A DNA stretch of 64,000 bases from Phoronis australis (lineage: Eukaryota > Animalia > Phoronida). The notes beneath the pieces were generated by a model. It did no database searches. It saw only the letters and a program-made list of their open reading frames with translations, and was not told where the DNA came from. Every line of letters starts with the position of its first letter. The first letter of the stretch is position 1. The translations under genes and the position numbers were made by a program. Of this stretch, positions 52,408 through 64,000 are shown piece by piece. The stretch spans positions 434,001 through 498,000 of the forward strand of contig NMRA01000238.1 in the NCBI GenBank assembly GCA_002633005.1, in the 5' to 3' direction.

Positions 52408-53700
52408 TGAAGAGGCAAAAATATGTGACCCATATATCTAAGGGACAGAAAGAACAAGTACCTTTTCATTTTAACAGATGGAATAGATCAGCAAAAGACA
52501 TGAGTGCCTGGATTTACAGTGTTCAGCAAGTTAATGTCTAAAATGTTTAAGCCGAAAACCCACTTGTCTGGTGTCATGGTTCATGGTAGAGAGACTCTTG
52601 GCTATTTTGATGTTGGCCAATGGAGCCATGGGCCAGATCTCACCACTAATATATTACTCATAACTCTGATGGGCTTAGATAACATGCCAGAATTGTTATA
52701 TTTGCAAATGGACAATAGTGCCCGTGAAAATAAGAGTGTTCTTATTTTTGGACTTTGTGCACTACTTGTAGAATTGAAAATTTTGCGGAAGATTAAAACA
52801 GGATTTTTAATGGTTGGGCATACACACACAGACATAGACCCAAGGTTTTTTGCGATTTTCAAAATTTTTGTCACGCAATTCTTAAAGAACAATGCCTACA
52901 CCTTTCTCAAGATACCTTCACCACATATATAACATCTCAGACTAGATAAAGCCTCATCTGCAGCCACTTTGCTACCATTCTAAGCCAGTCTCCAGTTCAA
53001 GTTCCAGCTGGATGATCTTGGAAAGTGTGTCATTTTTACCAAGAAGTGGTCATCAGACTTAGAATGGATGCTGGCTGATTTCAACACTGATACTGGTTTG
53101 TTTTTTTGATATCCATTTAGTGCTACTGTGACAAGTGTCTGCACTTTGAAAACAAACAAAATTTTTGCTTGCTTAGATACAAGTGTACACCATCATCACA
53201 GGTGTTAATGTGTGTTAACAAGAGAATGCGTTTGAAATTCATGCATAATTGTCATTGCTTGTTGAGAAATGATGGTACAAAACAATGCCTGCTATATCAG
53301 CCTAGAGAAGGTGACTCATTTTTGCAGATATTTTTTATTTTTTTCCAACACTTTAAATTTCTGTCGTGTGTTAAATTATATATCTATTTGTCATACTTGT
53401 GTACATAGTTAAATATGGTTTTTAATTTTTAAACAGGTTGCTATCTTTTGAAGACTCATACAGCGGAGCGGGTATTCCTAAATTACTACACCCTAGTTAC
53501 GAGAAGTTGGAGTTACACCGCCTGAAAAGTTCGATCATGAGTGCTTCAAATTTGATTAGCGAGGACGATCAAGATTGGTGGAACAGATGGTTTAAAGATG
53601 GTGAAGATAGCGAAATGAGTAAGATACATCCACGCACTTTTACCCATGACCAGTACAGTAGTGCACTGGAGGAACTGCTAGTTTTCTTAAGTTAGTAAAT
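52408..53700 (+). pseudogene. Decayed Sola-like DDE transposase (DUF7869-type), copy 1
   Basis: DG(I)DQ.KT.VP-like motif then LYLQMDNSARENK...FLMVGHTHTDIDPRF; stops and frameshifts; possible downstream exon from 53438 after AAACAG (WWNRWF). Confidence 0.7.
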
Positions 53701-55439
53701 GGTGAGTTGGTTGAAAAATTGAAACATAGTCACACAATCTCCGATCAGTCCAAAGTGTGCAGACTTATTTCGATTATCTGGCTTACGACAAAGAATATTT
53801 GTCTTGAAAACTTATCATTAAAAAAGCAGACTTACATTAGAAAAGACTGTATGTACACATAAATCAAAGAAAATCGATACACATTACCCAGTTAAAAAAT
53901 GATGCCCATGGTAATTCAGACATTATGTGTAGTGAAAAAAAGTGTAATAGTAATACTGATAGTAGTAGTAGTAACGATAACAAGCGTAACACTAAATGTC
54001 AAGCATTAGTGTTGCTAAATCTGACAGTGTTAGTGATTTCATTAATAGTCGTTTAGACGTCAAGAACATTTTTCATATTATCAGGAACACATGAACACTT
54101 TCTGTAGGCAACAAGTCACACAGATTATACCGTTACACCACAGTGGTAAGAAAACAGTAAAAAAGACTTGGTTTCCTTGGAACCCGCACCGATGATCTGA
54201 AGTCAGCTGTTGAAATCATACAAAACTTCCTTAGAATTTGTTTAGTGGACTGATTGCAGTTCCAAAATAGTTCCATTGGGTGCCCTAAATTTTGCTCCAA
54301 AATATTTTTACTCGGCGGAATTCTTTGAACCTCCAATCAGAAAAGCGTGCGCTTCTAATGTTCCATCACGCTATCAGATAAAATTCCATGCTAAGAAACA
54401 TGCTTTTTTATAGTCATAAGTTGGATCTTTCGTATATTCTTTATTTAACGTTTTTTTTCGTGCAACCAGATCATAAATGTTTAATTAAATTGTATTGTTT
54501 CAATTGTCTACCTGCAAGATATTCACCACGTGCCAAAATGATAAGTACTACTATAACTGGACACCCTGAGCTCTACTATGCAGTTCACGTGTACTTTCAC
54601 TTTTACATAAAAACTGCGGTAGACCGGCACGCGCAATTACGTATCTGTCATCATTTACTTTCACGTCAGAGAGCTAAACTTTATTTAATATTAGCTCACC
54701 TATAAGAGAAGAACAATCTCTCTCGATGACAATACCGAGATTAAGCTATGAGGCCACCATGCCACTGCTAACGACATCAAGGAAGCGGACCAAGTACGCA
54801 TACACGCACTGGAGGTCGACATATATGGCTCTAAAGTGTCCCTCAACTCATTCACTGAAACAACTATTTTGGTAAGATAGTCCAAAATATGTAAACGTTA
54901 ACAATATAAAGTAAACGAAAATCTTAATATGATAAAAAGAGCTTAATTATTGTCAGATCAAAATCAAAAGAAAGCTAAACAACATTATATAGAATCAACG
55001 AGAGAGAACATGTTGCACTGTGAATGAAATACATGATGTACAGACAAAATTAAGAAAGAGGTAAACTAGAAAATTGTGTTGTTAATTGCAGATCGACGAA
55101 GAAGAACGGGAATAACTATCGCAGTTATGGGCATGAACAAAAGGTAAAAATGAATCGCACAAAAACAACCTCCTAAAACCACTATGAATATTTACGATCA
55201 TACACTTTCTCGTGCAGATGATGACAAGTAATACAACGAAAAAGAAAGTAGACGATGATATAGGAAATTAAGATTTCGAATTTGATCTCAAAATACGCCA
55301 CTATATAAGCACATGTATCTGTTTGTTCCAAGATCGTATCTAATCGAAAGATCAATGTCAACCAATTACAGGATACAATATTTGTATAACGTTTGCGTTC
55401 TCTCATTTGCTGACCCAAAATACGGAGATGCTTAGGTGA

Positions 55440-57149
55440 GCTCAATCATGCCCTGCCCCCTTTTTGAAAAGTTGACCCAGTACTTCCACGTGAGGGACAC
55501 TTCAGGACAGCCACACCAAGGGGCAGACAGTTATGACCCTCTTTATAAAGTAAGACCATTATTAGATATAGTTACTGAGAATTTCAAAAATAATTACTAT
55601 CCTGAATGTGAATTGTCAGTGGAAGCAATGGTTGGCTTCAAAGGGCGGATCCATTTTCGTCAGTACATGCCAGCTAAACCTACAAAGTGGGGGATAAAGG
55701 TGTGGGAACTGTGCGAGTCGAGGTCTGGATTCTGCAGCAATTTTGACGTTTACACGGGTAAAAAACAAAATGGAGAGAGGCAACACGGCCTCGGCAATGA
55801 TGTGGTGTGGACACTGTCCAAACCATATCATGGACATCACCATCATCTCTACTACGATCGATTCTTTTCTTCAGTGACACTAGCAGAACACCTCAAACTG
55901 GAAAACACTTACACTTAAGGGACAACAATGAATAACTGCAAAGGTTTACCAGCCTGTTTCAAAAGAGACAAGCTCAAGAATACTGGTTATCTCATTCAAG
56001 AACAGAAACGTGAACTGGTAGCCACTATGTACAAGGACAAGCAGACTCTCTTTTCTCTCAACTATCCACAAACCATTCGCGGGTGAGGAAAAGCCTGAAG
56101 ACAATCTATGTTACAACGATTTCATGGGTGGCGTGGATAAGTCAGACCAAATGCGATCTTACTACCCTGTAGTCAGAGCATGCAAGAAATGGTGGCGCTA
56201 TTTGGTATGGTTTTGTGTGAATTTGTCTCTTGTAAATGCATTCACTATGAGTACGAAGAGTCACCATGTGCCACTTTGCCAAAGTATTATGACTTGGTGC
56301 GGTTCCGCATGGAAGTAATTGAACAGCTTGTGAACGGGTTTCACGTCAGCAACGTAAAGCAAGAAGGAGATCGGACTGTGCAGATGTTGTTAACCAGGTA
56401 GCCATAGGACATCATAAAATTGTAACAGTTCAAGGGAGGAAAAAGTTTGTCACCAATGTGTAATGAGTAATCGCAACACACCAAAGGGTTACCCCATCGA
56501 GACTTTTTTGTGAGGGGGCCCTTGTGCAGAGTGAACTGCAGAGTGACAGGATTTGGTAAAAGAAGAAACTGTATAAAATGACTGGTTTTAAAATATCAGT
56601 TACCTGGTAAAAGCAAGAAATAAACATAACTGATATATTTTGAAATTATAGTTTGCTCCATTGATGCATGTAGTCCATGTTCAAACAGAAGTAACAAGCA
56701 CTGAAGTCAAAATAGGATGAAGGAAGCAAATTCAGTTGTCTTCATGTTTTCGTACCTACAAATTACAAGTTATTTTATATTTTTTTGCACAATTTGTGGT
56801 GTTCCAGTGCTTGCTTATTGTTATGGACAGTTGTCAACACAAAACAACCAAGGTTTTGGTTTTCCAATATTTTTTTTATTTCAGTCACTTCAAAAACAGT
56901 TCAAAAACATCAAATTAACAAAATTTACCCCTAATTACCTGATTTTTCCAACAAATATTGGGAACCCATAGGCAGATATTCACATAAAGAAAACCATCTC
57001 GAGTGTCTGCTGAAAATTTGGAGGACTTACCTCAAATAATTTTGAAGATATAGTTGTATTTGTGGAAGTAGGAAATTTCAGCATAAAATGGCAGAAATAA
57101 TGCAAGCAAATGAGGATTGTCGGGTGCTGAGAAATTAAGTGCAAAAGGG
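55440..57149 (+). mobile_element. Decayed, 5'-truncated piggyBac (PGBD4-like, DDE_Tnp_1_7) transposon
   Basis: DPLYKVRPL, EAMVGFKGR...YMPAKPTKWGIKVW, LYYDRFFSS, YNDFMGGVDKSDQ, KWWRYL; first catalytic D missing; stops and frameshifts; right end AAAGGG|TTAA at 57144-57153. Confidence 0.9.
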
Positions 57150-57495
57150 TTAAGCTGAAAACCCCATTGTCTGGTATCATGGTTCATGGTAGAGACTCTT
57201 GGCTATTTTGATGTTGGCCAATGGAGCCATGGGCCAGACCTCACCGCCATTATATTACTCATGACTGTGATGGGCTTAGACAAAATGCCAGAAATTTTAT
57301 ATTCGCAAATGGACAATAGTGCCCGTGAAAATAAGAATGTTCTTATTTTTGGACTTTGTGCACTACTGGTAGAATGGAAAATTTTTCGGAAAATTAAAAT
57401 AAGGTTTTTAATGGTTCGGCATACACACAGACATAGACCAAGTTTTTTTGCAATTTCAACATTTTTGTCACGCAATTCTCCAATAACTATACCAA
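57150..57495 (+). pseudogene. Sola-like (DUF7869-type) transposase fragment, copy 2
   Basis: Closely similar to 52547-52885 (QMDNSARENKN...FLMVRHTH); begins exactly at the piggyBac TTAA. Confidence 0.8.
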
Positions 57496-57499
57496 GAAA

Positions 57500-57950
57500 T
57501 GGCAGCTACAACACCGATGAGTGGATTGAGAGTCATAACTAAGACAGTGTAATAAACCACGTTGGATCTAGGAAGTCCATGGAGACTGCAGCTGCACTCA
57601 AGACTTGGTCGCGCAATGTTGACAAGTATAATCTACACTATACGTTATTTCTGATGGGGACTACACAACATATAAAGCTGTGTGTGATGCTGAGGTCTGT
57701 TGCAAAACTTCAGCAAACAGAAAACCAGAGTCTCAATCAAATCTGTTACACCGAAGTCATCATGATGGTCAATAGCAGGACAGATTTGACAATTTGACAA
57801 ACGAAAAGAAGAATCAAATCTGTTACAGTTATCAAAGGAGTGAAAGCTTTGTGACAAGATGCCAAAGAAAGCTAACAAAGCAAAAGTGTGCCGTACTACA
57901 AAATTATTACCATAAGGCTGCGCTCCGCAACTTGAACGACATCGAGACAA
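57500..57950 (+). pseudogene. Kolobok / PF20700 Mutator-like transposase fragment
   Basis: NHVGSRKSMETAAALKTWSRNVDKYNLHYT..SDGD.TTYKAV and LT...LQNYY resemble the GSSxxME...RS...LRY...DGDS motif set; frameshifted. Confidence 0.65.
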
Positions 57951-58492
57951 TGAAAAACCTAATTTACCGGTAATAGGGAAGTAGAGAGACTATTTTCCCA
58001 CAGCAGCTCTGTTGCTTAAACAGAACACACACAAACACTCCTCAGTTTTAAGTAACTTAGTGGTTCTTAGTTGGATTATTTGTTTAGTGAATGCAAAAAC
58101 AACAGTATTTCACTAACCTGTATGTATAATTGTCAAATTCCTGCGAGACATTCAGAAACGCGGTATCGACACGCCAAGCGCTTTCATGCAATTCCCCATG
58201 AGTTCTCATTGAAAAATCCTATGATGCAGTCAACTTAAGAATTATAAACTTGCAACATTGTCCAATTGTTTTGGATAACTAAAATGCACTGCTGTAGATA
58301 TGTTGCAGTATAAATTAAACTTTAATGACCTACCTAATAAGGCAAGTAGTGTTGATAATGCTCTTCAATAAACCAATGATGTAGAGTGCCTAACCAGAAG
58401 TTGACCAGAGAGTTGCATTTTTAATAAAAGTAGCATTGATAATATTAGCTGTCTCCTTTGAGGGTAATTTCAAATTGGTTTTTGTTTTACAG

Positions 58493-60650
58493 GTTGTGCT
58501 TGACAGTCTCGTTGACATTGGCGATAGTGATTCTGAGATGGTCTGCGAGATATCTTGTTAAACAATTCGTCAACTTCTGAAGTTGTGTTTGGCCAAGTAA
58601 CATTCTTGTCCTATTCTAACAGCTCTCCCGTGCTGTCACAGCTAGTGGGTATGATATGGCGGGAGCTCGGCTAAAGGTGCACAGTGGGCAAGCCAAGCTG
58701 TATGTCCAGATTGCACAATTTGATGAGGTTAGTTCATGCATTTCATGTCTAGAATTCCTATTCATGGCCATATAATTGCTATACCTCCTTTTGCAGGACA
58801 GAAGGGGTGAGTTGCCACCATCAACTGTTGGCATTGGTGAGTACCAACTAATGCATTTATCAGTTTTGATTCTCAGTTTTCCAAATGTGCTGCTGTATCT
58901 ATCTAAGGTATCATTTCAGTGCGGCGCACCATAGTGGTCTATAGCCTCCCACTTTTTTCAGTGCTATGCCGCACGTGGTCTAGAGGCAGTGCACCACAGG
59001 GGGGCTGAAGGGCTTTAGCCCCCCACTTTTTTAGTGCTGCACTGCCCATGTTGAATACATCTGTGATCAGTTTTTATCAGGATTGTCTGGTCACAAAATA
59101 GCATTTCACATTGACATTGTAATAAACAGTACACAGCAACTATATGTCAATTAAAGAGGGTGGAAGTGTATGTACCATACTTCAGGAGCTGAGACTTAAG
59201 TTCCTCTGAAATACATATTACTGTGACAGCTAAGTGACTAAATTTTTGAGAATTCACCATTGCAGATTGCAAAATGAAAGGATATGGTCCGTCCTCCTCA
59301 TGCCTACTTCAACTTCTATTTTTGTGTATGTCCTATAGTCAACTGGTCTGTGTATACCGCGAGGAGTAGTTTGACTACAAGTTATGTGTACTCATAATGT
59401 TTTAATATTTTAGGTGATGCAGGAACTTCTACATGTGCAACAAACACTCCAGCCGGGACATCCGCTGTAAGCTCAATGCTTTTTAGTGCTTTATACAAAC
59501 ACAAACTGTGAAGTGGGGGACAAAACCAAATAGAAGCACTATAGCACAATATTTTCCTCGAATATAGGAGGATGGTTTTCAATCACTGCACTTGGAAGCA
59601 AATTTCTTTTCAGCTTTGAATGTACCTATTTAAGTGATATACAACTGATTGTTTGGGATTTACCTCATTCTGTTAACAACTGTTATAATTTAGCAGCATT
59701 CCCTAATTTACATGTGCTTCTACTATGCAGCCCCCTTCAGTAGATGACAATATGCTCGTGATACTCAACTATTTGTGTTACACTAAATGTCTGCTCTCCC
59801 TGTAGTGACTTGAGTTTTCAAACATTCCTTTTTGCATTGAATATCGATCTCAATAATTGTTTAACGTAACTTCACATAACAATAACTTATTATAGTTTGG
59901 ATGAGCAATTATTGTTTGACCATCCGGTATTGTAAATTTTTAATAATTTCAGGAGGGATCTGATTCATTGGCACATACTGAACCAACTTGTGATACAGGT
60001 GCTGGGATAAAAGAACAATCTTTGGTAAGCTGCATAAAAAGATAATGTTATTGAGAACTGTCTTCGGAGTTGAAATGATGCAAAATACCAATATATAAAT
60101 CAGTATCATTAATTATGCACCACACATTCACCGTTTTCTTGGTGTGTACCCCTCTGTCAACCAACTCTCTGAGGACAATTGTGAAGACACGAATATGTGT
60201 TACTATTGTTAAGAATACAGCTGACGTTGACTTTTCAGCAACTTTGAAAAGTGCAGCGCCTCCTAGTCACTATTTTTCATAGCTCTCTGGTCAGGAAATA
60301 GGATTTCAGACTTAATTATGTTGTGCTGGGTCACATATGTCTACCTGTCTTTATATGAAGTGAGAGCAAAATACCAAATTGCTTAACAGTCTCACATACT
60401 AAATATTGAGCAAATGAGCAAAATGCGTAAAAATTTAGGACAAACACAAAATTTTACAACCTGCTGAACACGAAATGCTTATAATTGAGCACTCAAACTA
60501 AGTTGCATGATCAGATCCAGTTCACCAGACAAGTGTATCCTTTGATGATGTATTCATTGCATGATGTCTATTGTTCTTTAATATTTTCATTCTTTAATAT
60601 TTTCATATCAGGTTCAAGATGGTGATCTGTCAGACCTGGAAGATCCAGAG
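58493..60650 (+). CDS. Partial multi-exon gene or pseudogene of unknown product (six micro-exons)
   Basis: Exons 58493-58540, 58623-58727, 58797-58836, 59414-59466, 59953-60024, 60612-60650, all AG/GT bounded, phase-consistent and stop-free. Confidence 0.6.
58985..59046. mobile_element. Tiny hAT-like MITE
   Basis: GGCAGTGCA ... TGCACTGCC inverted ends with internal GGGGGGCT..AGCCCCCC hairpin. Confidence 0.4.
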
Positions 60651-61141
60651 GTATGTGTAAAGATAGCAGGAATGAGTTTGAGTATTATAGTAGATTCACT
60701 AACATATCCCTAGAATAATAATAGTATGCCCATTTCTCTGATGTAGTTGCTATATTAGTGAGCTGAATGCAGCATAGGGAGCAATATTCAATAAATCTAC
60801 TCTCGTAATGTTTTTACGTAGAAAATGTCACTATTTCAGAAATGCCTGTTTGAATTATGAGTCAACATTGTTGCAGTTGTGTGTGTTTTAATTAGCATGT
60901 GTTTCTGAACAAAAATTGTCTGATATATCTGCTACACTGGAATACAGGTTGATGTGCAATTCTTGAGGATGCCATACTTCCATATTGCCCAATTGCTATA
61001 CACCTCTTTCCGGGACGTCACTAAATTTCGCGCGCTTTCGTATCGAGGGGCAAAACAGCGTGGATCGCCATTGCTAGTCACTGTGCTTTATACGGAGTTA
61101 ATCTTGTGAACTTTTCGAGTTTTTGCCTGTAATATCCTGTT

Positions 61142-63947
61142 GATGGCTTATGGTCAGGCAAAAAGGTCTCGTATTTGGTACATGGAGTCTTTTGACGAGA
61201 CAAGTAAGCAGCGGTACAAGGCAAAATTAAACCACTTGGACGTGGACGAGTGCCCATACGAGCTGACTGGCTGGGTGGACGACATGACGTTGTGGCCGGA
61301 CGTTCAGTACCCCGATATATATATGCTTACCTGATCGAAAGCCCGGGAATTCACACTCGTGAAGCCATGAAATCGTACAAAGGTCTAGAGAGCTACAATT
61401 ACTTCTTGTGTGGCTATGTTCAAACTGTGCTTTGTCGGAAGTCTGAAGTGACTACTTTGTTCTTGTGTAAAGTTCGCCACTCGCAATGTACATCGGAGCC
61501 ACCGTGTAATGTATGGTGTGCGGTGAAATACTCTGGGGAGGTGACTTGCAGTCACTGCACGTGCATGGCAGGGTGAGATATTTTTTAAATAATTTTTAGG
61601 GGTTCAGGTTCATGTACTTTCCAATGTTCTAGTTAGGCCACGGTTGCTTACATTGACTTGTCTTTCAACTGCTGAACACACTTACACACACACCTCAGCT
61701 TCTGCTCAAGCCCAATACTTTCCATATAATAAGAGAGTGCTATGACCAAGCCCTTTCTGTTTTGTGTCTGCAAAACACCGTGTTGGATACAAAAACAGCC
61801 ATGATTTTGGTTTTTTGTCAGTCCTGTGCATTTGAGTCAGTGGAGATGTTTTCAGGTACATGAGTCGTGGGTTTGTCACCGACATGGTGTTTTGAAGGAC
61901 GTTAACTGTGTAGTTTAGGTACCGTGAAGGGCCATTCCCATCTAAATTTACCATTGTAGACCCAGTTTTTAGATTTGAAGCTGAATTTCAGGCTCACAAG
62001 TGTCTCGGCATTGATGTTAACATGAGTTGGTGTACTAAGTGAAGACACTGTACACTCAACATGACAGAGTAGTGAAGTGTTCCTGTCTAAATGTAATGAA
62101 GTGTTAGTTTTGGGGATAATTTTATTATTGCACTGGTACTTGCTAAGTGGTTATCAATATTTAGCGTCTTGTTTCTTCATATAGTCTAGAAGTGTGTTCT
62201 CACGTCGGAGCACTACTCTACAAAATCGAGGCTTGTGTGAGAAATGGCTTCAATAAAGCATCCTGTACATCTGTCCCTTGCTAGTGGAATGCTACGTTTT
62301 CAAAAAAGGTAGTATTCTACGTTCCATTTTTAACTTAAGACTTAGCTTCACTTTGCAATTTGTTAGCAATGGGCTGTGAGTGATAGCTGCAATTAAGAGG
62401 TTTAGAGGTTTATACAGGATTCCAAAACTGGGAATCCAAATTTTCCAAAGTAACACTTGTTATGTTCGTGGTTTTCACTGACTAAACATGGGAGTTTTGA
62501 GTCCACATATGTTTCCATTTGCTTGGACGGGAGAACAAGGCCCGTGGAAACCAATCTGGAAAGATACTGATTGGCTGAATTACGTGTTGATGCACAGGAA
62601 TGATGCAGGGGAAATTTCTTTTGAAAAAAAAATTGTCTAATGTTTTATATGTACTCCAGCTTTGCCTGCAACAAAAACCCTCGAAAGTATATTCAGGGAG
62701 ACATTTCACCTGTGGCGAGTGATGAAAATAGAAATAGATGTTGCTTGTAAGCATGACCTGAAAAACTATGAACATTTGTTCTGAGTTCACCAATCCCAGC
62801 AAGGCTTCTAAAACAAAGGACAACTCAAATGACAGACGGAAGCTGAACATCATACCTCCAAAGATGCAAGAGCAAGATGATTTTTTCCATACTCTCTATG
62901 AGTGCTCACAACACATGAAATTCTTCACAAACATTTCCTGCCAGAGAAAGTGGATCGTGATGTGGCCTAGCCAGCCATCCCTAAGACGACGAAATCCATC
63001 CTGTTTCGCGAAGAGTACAGAGGACTCCGTGAAGAAGAGCTCGTCTCCAAGGCCAGGGACTTGGTTCTTGAACTGTCGGTAAGTCGCGAAGAGGCTCGTT
63101 ATTTACACGAGGCTACTATTTTGCAGTCCAGTAGCATTTTGTGGTTCGACCACCGTGTAGGCAGAATCACTGCCTGTACTACCCATACGAACAAAGACCA
63201 TCCATCCCCAAGCTTGGTGAGGTCAATCTGTACAACGTCGTACAACAAAGGTACGTCAAGTGTTCCATCACTGCAATATGGCAGAGAACAGGAAGAATCC
63301 GCTATTGCATTGTGGGCAGGTTTTCTGTCAGAACAGCATGTAAATTTGCAGGTGTCGAAATGTGGCACTTGGATTTGTGTTGAACACCCATTTCTGTCAG
63401 CTAGTGCGGATGGCATTGTGGAATGCGAATGTTGTGGTACTGGCCTCGTGAAAGCAAAGTGTCCATACATCCTGGAGGATTGCGAGGATCGCAATGAACT
63501 TATCAAGTACGCTATGGACAATAATGGCCGTCTACGTGTGGACCATGAATACTACACACAAGTGCAATTTCGAATGCATGTGTACAATTTGGAATTTTGT
63601 TATTTTGTTGTTTATGCTCCTCATGCTGGTGCGGCTATAGATATAAAGAGAGACGATGGTTGGTTCTCTGACCAATACCAACATTTAAAGAATTTTTTGT
63701 AAAAGCAATTATGCCTGTTCTGATGACTGGATGTTCCACTGTTGGTGACCGCACACACTGTGATCATGGTGCTCAGTTGGCAGGTTTTTGTATTTGTAGC
63801 TCAGATAAGGAACGTGGTGTTATGGTTAGGTGTAGTAACTTCAGGAAGTGTGTGAAAGTGTGGTTTCACCTAGATTGTTTGACACTTACTAGCGCTCCCA
63901 AGGGCTATTGGCTCTGTCCTTATTGTAGGAAACAGAACCGGAAATAG
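61142..63947 (+). pseudogene. SWIM zinc finger + YqaJ (lambda-exonuclease-like) + PHD finger gene, ISL2EU-transposon type, disrupted
   Basis: WPDVQYPDIYAYL...YKGLESYNYF; SWIM HCTCMAG|L.EVCSH split by intron 61573-62184; YqaJ WF.HR.GRITA, HPFLSASADG, KCPY, YYTQVQ; PHD FCIC..C..C..WFHLDC..WLCPYC; frameshift near 61320 and TAG at 62282. Confidence 0.85.
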
Positions 63948-64000
63948 GCAGTTTGTCTTCGGTGTGTGAAACTAGATTATGACATACACAAGACTTCCTG

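Noticed and set aside
54388-55445. Short ORFs between the Sola-like copy and the piggyBac
   Set aside because: No recognisable motifs or termini; probably non-coding transposon-derived DNA that I cannot classify.
63950-63999. C-terminus of a convergent DDE transposase (SCVCHNL on minus strand)
   Set aside because: Too short to distinguish from chance; needs the next window.

Overview
AT-rich animal (probably invertebrate) genomic DNA, not prokaryotic, with one assembly gap (N 8054-8992). The left two-thirds holds a minus-strand multi-exon gene of the C2CD2/C2CD2L (TMEM24) family (N-terminal TM, SMP-like lipid-transfer region, C2 domain, conserved C-terminal motifs). I traced 13 phase-consistent coding exons by hand from 40586 down to 3545; the 3' end was not resolved. 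Its introns contain minisatellites, MITEs and a Helentron-associated (HINE/Pearl-like) element. Upstream of the gene (about 42-64 kb) is a dense field of decayed transposons: a 43-bp array, a modular foldback-like element with nested insertions, a CR1/L2 RT relic, two Sola-like (DUF7869-type) transposase copies (one split at a TTAA by a piggyBac), a Kolobok/PF20700-type fragment, and a SWIM-YqaJ-PHD pseudogene of the ISL2EU type. A chain of six in-frame plus-strand micro-exons (58493-60650) is missed by the ORF track. Family assignments come from recalled motifs, not database searches. I found no clear-cut novel system; the best leads are the foldback element and the micro-exon chain.
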